Of a stretch of DNA of 50,906 bases, positions 19,071 to 28,164 are shown in pieces (positions within the stretch are counted from its first letter, which is position 1; the number at the start of each line of letters is the position of its first letter). The position numbers and the translations under genes were made by a program. The stretch lies in the NCBI GenBank assembly GCA_945877805.1, contig CAMCSM010000006.1:1-50906 (forward strand), read 5' to 3'. This DNA is from Methylacidiphilum caldifontis (GTDB taxonomy: Bacteria; Verrucomicrobiota; Verrucomicrobiia; Methylacidiphilales; CAMAQI01). The notes beneath the pieces are model-generated. The model worked only from the letters and a program-made list of their open reading frames with translations, ran no database searches and was not told where the DNA came from.

Positions 19071-19122
19071 TTGAGATTCTTAAAAAAAGCCGATAATATA
19101 CATAAATCGGTCAAAAGACCGA
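19071..19122 (+). promoter_or_regulatory. promoter region of the HDOD gene with a palindrome
   Basis: TTGAGA-17-TAATAT (19071-19099) overlaps a perfect sigma28-type -10 GCCGATAA (19089-19096). Palindrome TCGGTC-aaaa-GACCGA at 19107-19122. Confidence 0.45.
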
Positions 19123-19204
19123 AAAAAAGGATAACTCCTCAATGAAAATAGACTCTATCCCATTTTGCGAAGAATTTCAAGAGTGAGGGACTAAGGTACT
19201 CCAA

Positions 19205-20158
19205 ATGAGTTCATTAGATCAAATCGAATCGCCTGCCGCAAAACGCTCTATTTATGAGCTCATTAGTGATCCGAAGGCGACCCAACTTCTTCCCTCCTTA
19301 ACGATTATTGTTAAGGAGCTAGAAAGCTTGATTGGGAAGCAAAATGTCATGATCGATGAGATCTCAAGTATCATTCGGAACGATCAGAGTATGTCGGTTC
19401 GTGTTTTAAGAATGGCAAATTCGGCCTATTATGCCCCTTCGCAGCCGATTGTTGACCTTGATCATGCGGTGGTTTATTTGGGGTTGAATCAAATTCGGAG
19501 TACGATATTAACCGCTCGCTGCATCGAAAAGAGTTGTAATACTCCGAAGGATCTTTTGGATTGGAACGATTTTTGGACTCATTCGGTGGCGGTGGGGTAT
19601 ATTATGAAGATCCTTTCCGGAGCGATTCAGGAATTAGATGTGAATGGAGAATACTATTATTCGATGGGACTTTTTCATGATATCGGAAAACTGGCTCTCG
19701 CTTATCTTTCTCCGAGCGACTTTATTCTTGTCCTTGAGCTTGCTCGAGAGCGGAAGCTGCCGACAAGTTCAGTAGAAACCGAGCTTTTAGGATTAGATCA
19801 TTGTGGGCTTGGGGCTTGGTATTTACAGCATCAAGGGCTTCCGGCGAACTTAGTGGAGCCGGTTCGGTTGCATCATGGATGGGCAAAAGTAGATCCTAAA
19901 AAAAATCAAAATGCCGTGATGTTGAGTTTAGCAGATCGACTTGCCCATATGATGGGATTCGGAAAATCGGGGGGCGAGCCAGAATCGATTGATCCTTTTT
20001 CCACCCCGGAATGGGATCACTATTGTGTTCGTTGTTTCGGAACGACCGTCGATTCTCGCTTTCAAATGGTCCATGTGATGGAAAAGTTAGAGTCTTTAGA
20101 GGATCTTATTCATGTGACGGTGGGGTCGGCGAAACAAGTCGCCATCGTTGAAGGGTAG
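19205..20158 (+). CDS. HDOD domain protein
   Basis: LPSL, D.S...RVLRMANS.YY, AV..LG, FWTHS, GLFHDIGKL, DH...GAW...P. Confidence 0.93.
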   Translation: MSSLDQIESPAAKRSIYELISDPKATQLLPSLTIIVKELESLIGKQNVMIDEISSIIRNDQSMSVRVLRMANSAYYAPSQPIVDLDHAVVYLGLNQIRSTILTARCIEKSCNTPKDLLDWNDFWTHSVAVGYIMKILSGAIQELDVNGEYYYSMGLFHDIGKLALAYLSPSDFILVLELARERKLPTSSVETELLGLDHCGLGAWYLQHQGLPANLVEPVRLHHGWAKVDPKKNQNAVMLSLADRLAHMMGFGKSGGEPESIDPFSTPEWDHYCVRCFGTTVDSRFQMVHVMEKLESLEDLIHVTVGSAKQVAIVEG

Positions 20159-20171
20159 TTTAAGCATTTGT

Positions 20172-21104
20172 ATGGAAGAGACTTTTTTTAAGTTGGAGGC
20201 TTTTGATGGAGTGGATTATTTATCGAAAGGGAGTCCTTTAGGATGGCGGTGGAATGAAGCGAACAACTCTCTTGCTCCTCTTTTACTTTGGAATCAAAAG
20301 AAATTCATCGCAACCGGTTCCTCTTTTCGATTCGGTCAGTGGGATCAACTCGAGCGCATTGAATTTCTTCAACGGCTTTGTCGATTGTTTTATCATGATG
20401 TGAACGGAAAGATCACAGGATTTAATGGAATGATTCAACTTTGGAAGTTGCGATTTCCTGATGAAACGGCTTTCCGAGAGGATCTTGAGCTTTTAGAGGA
20501 ATCGGTGGATCACTTAAAAAAGCTTAATCTGTTGATGGATGCGGGGACCGATCTTCAGAAAGTCTCGGAATTTCATTTAGCGAGTGCCGTTTCATTGCTC
20601 GATGGATTAACACAACGGATGTTAGGAATTATTCAACCGATACGCGTGGTCGATCTCTCGAACGTAAAAGGGGCCGTCGGTTATACTCTTTTTTTAATTT
20701 GGACTTTTATTTCTCACCTTGCATCTCTTTCTTCATCGCGATCCAATTGGAAATTAACAGTGCTCTCTGGTAGAGAATGGAATCGAGATCTTGCGATCTC
20801 GATTCAATCACAATCGCTTCCTTCAGTCCTCGATATTTTTGAGGGAGTTCCTCAACATACGAAGTTTAATCGATGGATTTTAATGCGTCTTGCATGTGAT
20901 GATATTTTGAAATCGAAAGAGGGAGAATGGACTTTTGCGTTCAACATGAGCATTCAAGAGGATGATTTCAAACAATTTTCTGTCGGCTCAGTGGAGTGGA
21001 TGAAGGAGATTTTTCGGTCCTCTCTTTTACAAAAAAAACCGTTAATTTCAGAGGAGAAAAAAACAAATTCAATGGTTCAAGAGGCGCTCAAAATTCTTTT
21101 TTAA
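20172..21104 (+). CDS. degenerate histidine kinase or phosphotransferase-like protein
   Basis: H-box-like RLFYHDVNGKITGFNG; no recognisable N/G1/F/G2 boxes. Start ATG 20172 or TTG 20148. Confidence 0.5.
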   Translation: MEETFFKLEAFDGVDYLSKGSPLGWRWNEANNSLAPLLLWNQKKFIATGSSFRFGQWDQLERIEFLQRLCRLFYHDVNGKITGFNGMIQLWKLRFPDETAFREDLELLEESVDHLKKLNLLMDAGTDLQKVSEFHLASAVSLLDGLTQRMLGIIQPIRVVDLSNVKGAVGYTLFLIWTFISHLASLSSSRSNWKLTVLSGREWNRDLAISIQSQSLPSVLDIFEGVPQHTKFNRWILMRLACDDILKSKEGEWTFAFNMSIQEDDFKQFSVGSVEWMKEIFRSSLLQKKPLISEEKKTNSMVQEALKILF

Positions 21105-21147
21105 TTTTTTGAATAAAAAAATATTTTCATTTTTTTCATTTTTCTTA

Positions 21148-21176
21148 TTGTCAAATTATAAAGTTTAAATTAGTTT
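21148..21176 (+). promoter_or_regulatory. candidate sigma70 promoter of the H1-like small gene
   Basis: TTGTCA-17 nt-TAGTTT in an AT-rich region. Confidence 0.4.
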
Positions 21177-21235
21177 TAACTTATTCGACACATGATACAT
21201 ATTTTTTCTGATATATCGAAAGGGGGTGATTTGGA

Positions 21236-21343
21236 ATGCCCGTAAAAAAAGCTGCAAAAAAAGTAGTCAAGAAAGCCGTTAAAAAGGCTGTTAAGAAGGC
21301 CGCCCCCAAAAAGAAGGCTGCTAAGAAGGTTAAGAAGAAATAA
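21236..21343 (+). CDS. 35-aa lysine/alanine-rich histone H1-like DNA-binding peptide (below the ORF-track cutoff)
   Basis: MPVKKAAKKVVKKAVKKAVKKAAPKKKAAKKVKKK*. Strong Shine-Dalgarno (aagggggtga), synonymous codon variation across the repeats, own terminator. Confidence 0.85.
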   Translation: MPVKKAAKKVVKKAVKKAVKKAAPKKKAAKKVKKK

Positions 21344-21356
21344 TTTTTCTTTTCCC

Positions 21357-21393
21357 AAAAAGGAGAAGCTCCTCGGAGCTTCTCCTTTTTTTT
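21357..21393 (+). terminator. intrinsic, possibly bidirectional terminator
   Basis: aaaaaggagaagctc-ctcg-gagcttctcc followed by T8. Confidence 0.9.
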
Positions 21394-21614
21394 GTCCTTC
21401 AAGTTACTTTTGCGGAATACTTCCATGCGATTCATGAAGAATCATTGCGATCGCATCAAGCGGCTAAGAGAGCGTTTACTCGTTGAGATCTTATCTGGGA
21501 TCGCTTTTCGTAGTTCAGGCTCTTTTCGAGATATCGATTAATACTTAATATTGTGTTAAAATTAAATTATCTATATTTATTTTAAAATGGATAAATTAGT
21601 TTACGGATAAAAGA

Positions 21615-22955
21615 TCAATCGATGAGGATCACTGGCTCGGCGTAAAGGGTGAAACCGGTGCTTTCAATGATTTTTACCTTGAGAATTTCACCGCGCCAAC
21701 GTTCATTCGCCTCAATCAGGACAAGTTTGTTCGTACGGGTGCGCCCTTCAAATCGTTGGTCGCTGTATTTACTCTCGCCTTCGATGAGGATCTCCACCTC
21801 TTGGCCGACCATCGCCTGAGAGCGCTCTTTGACACCGCTATTGAGGACTTCGAGGAGTTCTTGATTCCAGCGAAGCTTTGTTTCTTCCGTGTGTTGATCG
21901 CCGAGCTCTGCCGCAGGGGTATCTTTGCGAGGGGAATAACGAAAGATAAAGGCTTGGTCAAATCCAACCTCTTTCATGAGGGACTTCGTTTGTTGGAAAT
22001 CCTCTTCGGTTTCTCCAGGGAAGCCGACAATCACATCGGTGGTTAATCCGACTTTAGGATTGACGCGGCGAATCTCCTCCACGAGTTTTAAATAGCGCTC
22101 CCGAGTATAGGAGCGATGCATCGCTTTTAAGATTCGGTTGCTTCCGGACTGAAGGGGAAGGTGGACATGTTCGCAGAGCTCAGGAATATTCTGAAAAGCA
22201 TGAATGAGATCGGTTCGATAGCCGATCGGATGGGGGGAGGTAAATCGAACTCGTTGAATGCCGGGAACCGCAGCGACCGACTCAAGGAGTTGAACGAAGG
22301 GGGATTTTTCATCGATTTTTGGGAATTCGTGGCGACCGTAAAGATTGACGATTTGACCGAGTAGAGTGACCTCTTTGACTCCGTTGGCGGCAAGCATTTT
22401 GACCTCTTGCGTAATTTCGGCAATGGGACGAGATCTCTCGGAACCGCGAGTGAAGGGGACGATACAAAAAGTGCAGTGCATATTACACCCTTGCATGATG
22501 GAGACAAAGGCGGTGACCTGTTTCGGTTTGAGAACGTGGTCGCGAATCGTATTTTGGGAGGAGCTTTCATCAGCGACATCGACAATCGATGGGCTTTTAT
22601 GGGTCACGAGTTGGTCGACATAATCGGCGACTTGATGGAATTTTTGAGTCCCGACGACGAGATCGACATCGGGGAGACTATCGATCAGCGATTGTCCTCG
22701 GCTTTGAGCCATACAGCCAAGAAATCCGAGAACAAGATTTGGATTTTTCTTCTTCATCCCTTGAAGATGCTTCATTTTATTCAGAGCCGTTTGCTCGGCC
22801 ATATCGCGGACACTGCAGGTATTTAGAAGGATGACATCGGCTGAACTCTCGGTGAGAGCGAGCTCGTATCCCTTGGCTTCCAACTGTTGGAGGACTTGCT
22901 CGGAATCCCGCTCATTCATTTGGCACCCGTAGGTTTTAATGTAGACCGATGGCAT
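21615..22955 (-). CDS. miaB: tRNA-2-methylthio-N6-dimethylallyladenosine synthase
   Basis: TYGCQMN, NTCSVR, GCMAQ, radical SAM CNMHCTFC, C-terminal TRAM domain. Confidence 0.97.
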   Translation of the reverse strand: MPSVYIKTYGCQMNERDSEQVLQQLEAKGYELALTESSADVILLNTCSVRDMAEQTALNKMKHLQGMKKKNPNLVLGFLGCMAQSRGQSLIDSLPDVDLVVGTQKFHQVADYVDQLVTHKSPSIVDVADESSSQNTIRDHVLKPKQVTAFVSIMQGCNMHCTFCIVPFTRGSERSRPIAEITQEVKMLAANGVKEVTLLGQIVNLYGRHEFPKIDEKSPFVQLLESVAAVPGIQRVRFTSPHPIGYRTDLIHAFQNIPELCEHVHLPLQSGSNRILKAMHRSYTRERYLKLVEEIRRVNPKVGLTTDVIVGFPGETEEDFQQTKSLMKEVGFDQAFIFRYSPRKDTPAAELGDQHTEETKLRWNQELLEVLNSGVKERSQAMVGQEVEILIEGESKYSDQRFEGRTRTNKLVLIEANERWRGEILKVKIIESTGFTLYAEPVILID

Positions 22956-23020
22956 AAGGGGTTATTATTTATCAGCGATGCCGAAAGCGTCAACTGAAGA
23001 GAAGGGCTCCAAATCATTCC

Positions 23021-23383
23021 GGGTGCAAATGAGGTTAGCGGGCGTTTATCAAATCCTCGGTATTTATGAAAATAAGAGCGGAATAAAAACCATTCAATAG
23101 GGAACGCAGGAAAACCATTCGTGAAACGAACTTCCTTGAACAGGGTCTGATTGTTTGGTGCGGGGGCGAAGAGGGGCACAACTCAGGTCTTTAAAAAACA
23201 AAAAATTATGAATTCTTATTTCCTAGAAAATCTTTGATTTGGTTGCAGCCCGCGACCCCTCTGCTAAACAAAATGACCCTGTTCAAGTATTTATTGTTTT
23301 GCAATGGGTTTTCCTGATTTCCCTATTCAATTGACTTTCTTTTTTTGTTTTTGGTAGGAGACCAGCTAACCTCATTTGCACCC
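23021..23383. mobile_element. MITE-like element with perfect 19-bp terminal inverted repeats
   Basis: gggtgcaaatgaggttagc (23021-23039) and its exact reverse complement gctaacctcatttgcaccc (23365-23383) enclose 363 bp with no convincing ORF. No target-site duplication seen. Confidence 0.65.
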
Positions 23384-23445
23384 CTTATTTGTGACGGTAC
23401 CGCTTTCTGATTGTGCTTCCATTGAAGAGTCCTTAAAGTTTTAAA

Positions 23446-25350
23446 ATGCGTCTCGCACTTGTGCAAATGGAGGTGAAAGCTGGGCATCTTGAGCAAAATC
23501 TCTCAACGATCTTGAATCACTTGCAGTTTTTAAGTGGGAAAGTCGATCTAGTTCTTTTTCCTGAGCTCTGTTTGAGCGGCTATTTTTTAGGAGACCGATG
23601 GACTCAGGACTCTTTTGTTGAGGAGATTGAGCTCCTTCACGAAGAGATTCGCCTCGCCTCTGAAAAATGGGGGCTTGCGGTTATTTTTGGAAGTATCTGG
23701 ATCGATCGTTCGGGAGTGAATCAAGATGGACGGGTCCGCCTTTTCAATGCCGCAATCGGTTTTGAAAAAGGAAAATCGATGCAACGACTTCAGGAGATTC
23801 AGGGAGTTCCGCGAGGGATTCAGCCAAAGACTCTCTTGCCGAATTACCGTTTTTTTGATGATAAACGTTATTTTAGCTCTTTGCTCGATCTGGCGCTTGA
23901 TCTTTCCGTCGAGGTCTCGACTTTAATTTCCCCATGGATTTTACAGTCCGGAGAAAAGATCGGAATTCAACTCTGTGAGGATCTTTGGTGCGAGGACTAT
24001 CGCAAGGATCGAAAACCGATCAATACCGCTACCCTTCTGATTGAAAAAGGGGCGCAGGTTATTTTCAATCTCTCGGCCTCTCCTTGGACTTATGGGAAAA
24101 ATGAGGCGCGGCATCGACGTATTGAATCGCTTCAGAAAAATACCTCTCCTTCGGTTCCCTTTCTTTATGTGAATCGAGTCGGAGCGGAAAATTGTGGCGA
24201 TAATATTATGACCTATGACGGAGCCTCTGCCGTTTATGATGCCGACTCGGGATTGATCTGGGAGTCGAGGCAACGGTATCATCAGGAGATTTGGATTGGA
24301 GCTTGGGAGGAACTTTTTAAACCGGCTCAACCGAAGTACGTGCTCCCGCTTTCGAAGATCGATGAAAAATTTCAAGCGATTGTTCGTGGATTGCGTCATT
24401 TAGTGGAGATCACCGGAAATTTGAATCCGAAGGTCTTGATTGGACTTTCGGGGGGAGTCGATAGTGCCGTCGTCGCCTGTTTGATTGAACAGGCCTTTGG
24501 AAAGGAATCGCTTGAAGCAGTGACGATGCCGGGGCGTTTTACCAGTGAGAAGACTTTGGATAATGCACGTCAACTTTCTCGAGAGTTACAGATACCGTTA
24601 CTGGAGGTCTCAATCGTTGAGATTGAAAAAGCAGCACGTCAGGCCTTGGATCAAGCGATTGGGGAGTGGAGAGGGGAGACTCTCCCTCATGAGAACGAAC
24701 AGGCACGGATTCGTGGTTCGATCCTTCTTTCTGGTCTCGCGGCTCGACGGGGCGCCTTTTATACCTGTAATGGAAACAAGCTGGAGACCGCTTTGGGCTA
24801 TGCGACCCTTTATGGGGATGTGAATGGGGCGATTGCTCCGATTGCTGATCTCACAAAAGTTGAAGTCATGGAGATGGCCCGTTTTTTGAATGAGGAGATC
24901 TATCGCAAAGAGCTGATCCCTCAAAACTTACTCCCCGATTCCCTTTGGCAGTTTTCAGAGCAGGGAGTCGCTCCGAGTGCAGAACTTCGAGAGAAGCAGA
25001 TCGATCCGATGAAGTTCGGCTATCATGATGCGTTGTTAGAGGCTTATTTGGATTTTCGAAAAGGGAGTCCCGAGCGGATTCTGGAATGGTTTCAACAGGG
25101 CGTACTGGCAGAAAAGTTAAAGATTTCGCCTGCCTTGATCAAGCGTTGGGGGGTAGATGATCCGAAAACATTTGTGGAGGATCTGGAATGGTTTACAAAT
25201 GCTTTTTATCGCAGTGTCTTTAAACGAATCCAAGCCCCTCCGATTATTATCACCAGTCGCACGGCCTTTGGATATGATCTCCGAGAGTCGATGGGGGTCT
25301 TTAGATATTCACGCACTTATTTTGAACTGAAAAAAACGATCCTCGGGTAG
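23446..25350 (+). CDS. nadE: glutamine-dependent NAD+ synthetase
   Basis: Nitrilase domain (FPEL, K..LPNY..FDD.RYF, CEDLW) plus synthetase domain (GLSGGVDS, GYATLYGD, PSAEL). Confidence 0.96.
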   Translation: MRLALVQMEVKAGHLEQNLSTILNHLQFLSGKVDLVLFPELCLSGYFLGDRWTQDSFVEEIELLHEEIRLASEKWGLAVIFGSIWIDRSGVNQDGRVRLFNAAIGFEKGKSMQRLQEIQGVPRGIQPKTLLPNYRFFDDKRYFSSLLDLALDLSVEVSTLISPWILQSGEKIGIQLCEDLWCEDYRKDRKPINTATLLIEKGAQVIFNLSASPWTYGKNEARHRRIESLQKNTSPSVPFLYVNRVGAENCGDNIMTYDGASAVYDADSGLIWESRQRYHQEIWIGAWEELFKPAQPKYVLPLSKIDEKFQAIVRGLRHLVEITGNLNPKVLIGLSGGVDSAVVACLIEQAFGKESLEAVTMPGRFTSEKTLDNARQLSRELQIPLLEVSIVEIEKAARQALDQAIGEWRGETLPHENEQARIRGSILLSGLAARRGAFYTCNGNKLETALGYATLYGDVNGAIAPIADLTKVEVMEMARFLNEEIYRKELIPQNLLPDSLWQFSEQGVAPSAELREKQIDPMKFGYHDALLEAYLDFRKGSPERILEWFQQGVLAEKLKISPALIKRWGVDDPKTFVEDLEWFTNAFYRSVFKRIQAPPIIITSRTAFGYDLRESMGVFRYSRTYFELKKTILG

Positions 25351-25427
25351 GGTTAGAAAACTCTCTTAGGACCAGGAAAAATCCCGCTGTCGCTCAATCG
25401 ATTAAGCAAAAAATACAATTTAAAACA

Positions 25428-25556
25428 TTTTCACGCGAAGCCGCGAAGTTGCCCAAGGCTCCTCCCGAAAAGGCAAATTCTTTTTTCTTTTTCTCTTGTG
25501 ACTTCGTGTTGAACCTTGTGAGTTTTACTTCCTTGAGTGACTTCTCAGTTTTCGAT
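25428..25556. repeat. degenerate long palindromic element related to the one at 5294
   Basis: ttttcacgcgaagccgcgaagttgcccaagg can pair with ccttgagtgacttc.. (25531 onward) or cttgtgacttcgtgttgaa (25495-25513); 8-nt cgcgaag units. Confidence 0.5.
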
Positions 25557-25567
25557 AGAGTTTTGTC

Positions 25568-25954
25568 ATGAATGATGAAATCTGGAAATCGCTCAAGGCG
25601 AAGGGGATCGATCCAGAGGAGATTGTTGAACGGTTTGTGCGTGCCTCGGGGAATGGGGGGCAGAATGTGAATAAGGTTTCGACTGCTGTCCAACTTGATC
25701 TTCCGAGTCGATCGGTCAGAGTTTATTGCGCCGATGAGCGGAGTCAGTATCAGAATCGGGTGAAGGCGTGGGCGACATTACTTTTGCGGTTGGATGAGGC
25801 GGTCGCTAAGGCGCGAGCGGCGCGAGTCGATAAACGGGAGAAGATTCGGCGACAGAAACGCAAACGTCCACGTGGCTTAAAAGAGCGAATTTTAAAGACG
25901 AAAAAAATTCGTTCTGAGGTCAAGAAAAACCGGGGAGGGGGATGGGATTCTTAG
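25568..25954 (+). CDS. arfB: alternative ribosome rescue factor ArfB-like peptidyl-tRNA hydrolase
   Basis: FVRASG.GGQNVNKVSTAV, ERSQYQNR, basic C-terminal tail. Confidence 0.88.
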   Translation: MNDEIWKSLKAKGIDPEEIVERFVRASGNGGQNVNKVSTAVQLDLPSRSVRVYCADERSQYQNRVKAWATLLLRLDEAVAKARAARVDKREKIRRQKRKRPRGLKERILKTKKIRSEVKKNRGGGWDS

Positions 25955-26775
25955 TGAAACCTCGATGTTCGATCAAAGTTCTTTTATTGGGTCGTGGCAT
26001 CTTGGGGTCTGCGGTCGCTAATCATTTTACTCGTTTGGGCTATGATTTGACCGTCATGACCGATCGATATACCGCAGAATCGGCAAAGGACTATTTAGCG
26101 AAAGTGGAATCGATTCCGAGTGACTGGATTATTAATGCCGTGGGACGGATTCCGATGAGAAAGGCTCCCCTTGAGGAGTTGAGGAGTGTGAATGTCGATC
26201 TACCGTTACAGGTCAAAGGAATCTTGAGGCGAGAGCAAAAGATGATTCAGATGAGTAGCGATGCTGTTTTTGGGGGATCGAAAGGGTTTGAGGAGGGCTA
26301 TCGCTGGGATGAGCCGATGGATCCGATCGATGATTACGGACGATCAAAGCGCGATTCCGAGAGTTGTGCCGAGGTGGGCCGATGTTGGGTGGTGAGATCG
26401 TCGTTGATCGGTTGGGAGGAGCGGACGGGAGCCGGATTGATGGGATGGTATTGGAGTCAAAAAGAGAGTGCGACGGGATATCGGAATCATCTTTGGAACG
26501 GCAATACGAGTTTAGAGCTGGCAAAAGTTTTTGATGAACTGATTCAGGGAAAAATTTTAAATCCTGAACCGATTTTACAGGTCGGCTATTTGCCAGCGAT
26601 TTCGAAGTTTCAATTGTTGGAATTGATTCGAGAGAACTCAGGACGAGGGGTTCCAGTAACGGCTGGTGAGGGGGCTTTGGCGTTAAATCGAACCTTGATT
26701 CCAAATGTGATCCGAAATTCAATAGAGGTTCAATTGAAAGAGTTTTTCTATTCTAGGAATAAAGGAAAGAGTTAG
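25942..26775 (+). CDS. RmlD-like NDP-sugar reductase (extended SDR)
   Basis: GRGILG, INAVG, SSDAVF.G, YGRSK, NHLWNG. Confidence 0.8.
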   Translation: MGFLVKPRCSIKVLLLGRGILGSAVANHFTRLGYDLTVMTDRYTAESAKDYLAKVESIPSDWIINAVGRIPMRKAPLEELRSVNVDLPLQVKGILRREQKMIQMSSDAVFGGSKGFEEGYRWDEPMDPIDDYGRSKRDSESCAEVGRCWVVRSSLIGWEERTGAGLMGWYWSQKESATGYRNHLWNGNTSLELAKVFDELIQGKILNPEPILQVGYLPAISKFQLLELIRENSGRGVPVTAGEGALALNRTLIPNVIRNSIEVQLKEFFYSRNKGKS

Positions 26776-26790
26776 TGTCTCTCATTCACG

Positions 26791-28110
26791 ATGAAATCGA
26801 TTCCCTCTTCCCAAAATACGGCGCTTACTTTTTTATCCGTGCTCTTTCTCCTTGGTGGCTCGCTCTTGATGCTTCCTTTTGGCCGATTGAACGAATTTGG
26901 AACGGTCCCCTATTTTTTACTTGGGGCCCTCGCTCTTTGTTTTGGTTTTGTTTGTAGCTGGCAAATTTCAACCCTCTCCCCAACAGTTTTTTGGGGAGCT
27001 GCAATCCTTACTCGGCTCTTACTCCTTTGGCAGGTTCCTGGAGATGATATCTATCGCTATGTCTGGGAAGGCCGAGTCCTTCTCTCCGGAATCAATCCTT
27101 ATCTTCATGCTCCGGATTCATCGATTTTAGAAGATCTTCGTGATATCGTGTGGAAAGCGGTTGAATACAAAGGCGTCACGGCGATTTATCCGCCGTTGAC
27201 TGAATTTCTCTTTGCATTTTTTTCATTCCTTTCACCGACTCCTTTCTTTTTTAAAGTTATCTTTGCATCTGCCGATATTGCGATTCTTTATCTTCTCACG
27301 CGCGAGTTTGGCCAAAAAGAGGCGCGACTCTATGCGTGGAACCCCCTGGTGATCTATTGCTTTGCAGGAGGGGGACACTACGACAGTCTCTTTATTCTTG
27401 CATTGGTCATTGGGTGGCTTAGCTATCGAAGAGAGAGAATCATTCTTGCGGCCCTTTTCATCGGAGTTGCGATTGCCTTAAAGTGGATTGCACTTTCCCT
27501 CGCTGGTTGGATTCTTTGGCGAACCCTTTATTCAAAACAGTATCGAGCGATCCTCCCGATCCTCCTTGCTCTTTCCTTGCCGATGATCGGCTCATGGGTC
27601 TTATTAAGTTTTTGGACCGATGAATGGACCTTTCAGATCTTCCCGAAACAGTTCACTCAATACGTGAGAAGCGTTGAATTCATTCCCGCAATCGTGGGGC
27701 ATTTCTGGAAGGAGAGTTTAAAACACAATGATTGGTTTCTCATCCCGCTGGCTCTCTTTTGGCTGGTAGCGATCCTTCGGTCACGAAGCTATGAAGGAGC
27801 GATCGAATGGATTTTCTTTCTCCTCTGGATCTTCTCGCCAATGATGCATGCGTGGTACTTTACCTGGATCATTCCCTTTGCGGTTCTCACTCGTAATCGG
27901 GGATCGATTGCGATTTCGATCAGTGGCTTTTTCTATTTCTCGATCCATCACTACTTTCAATCTCCTGGGGGTCAATGGGCACTCCCCCCACAAGTCGCTT
28001 TTTTAATGTGGTCGCCATTGATCTTAGGATTTTTATGGTCGACGGGAACCGTTCCAGTAAATCAGAGTTTACCTCAGAAGAACAGAGAGGGTGTAAATGA
28101 GGTTAGCTGA
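26791..28110 (+). CDS. GT-C fold membrane glycosyltransferase (GT87/DUF2029-like)
   Basis: GDDIYRYVWEG..NPY, IYPP, WNPL, GHYD, H.WY; multiple TM helices. Confidence 0.85.
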   Translation: MKSIPSSQNTALTFLSVLFLLGGSLLMLPFGRLNEFGTVPYFLLGALALCFGFVCSWQISTLSPTVFWGAAILTRLLLLWQVPGDDIYRYVWEGRVLLSGINPYLHAPDSSILEDLRDIVWKAVEYKGVTAIYPPLTEFLFAFFSFLSPTPFFFKVIFASADIAILYLLTREFGQKEARLYAWNPLVIYCFAGGGHYDSLFILALVIGWLSYRRERIILAALFIGVAIALKWIALSLAGWILWRTLYSKQYRAILPILLALSLPMIGSWVLLSFWTDEWTFQIFPKQFTQYVRSVEFIPAIVGHFWKESLKHNDWFLIPLALFWLVAILRSRSYEGAIEWIFFLLWIFSPMMHAWYFTWIIPFAVLTRNRGSIAISISGFFYFSIHHYFQSPGGQWALPPQVAFLMWSPLILGFLWSTGTVPVNQSLPQKNREGVNEVS

Positions 28111-28164
28111 TGTCCTATTAAAAACAAAAAAAGAAAGTCAATTGAATAGGGAAATCATGAAAAA

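Noticed and set aside
21176-21435. Minus-strand ORFs with FLAAFFLGAAFLTAF or LLSSLL repeats
   Set aside because: Antisense shadows of the Lys/Ala-rich + strand gene, which has the Shine-Dalgarno and terminator.
21447-21454. GCGATCGC (cyanobacterial HIP1) octamer
   Set aside because: An isolated occurrence explained by general CGATCG richness; not evidence of cyanobacterial origin.
22916-23179. 87-aa ORF upstream of miaB as a leader peptide or transposase remnant
   Set aside because: It crosses the MITE-like boundary, overlaps miaB and shows no transposase motif.
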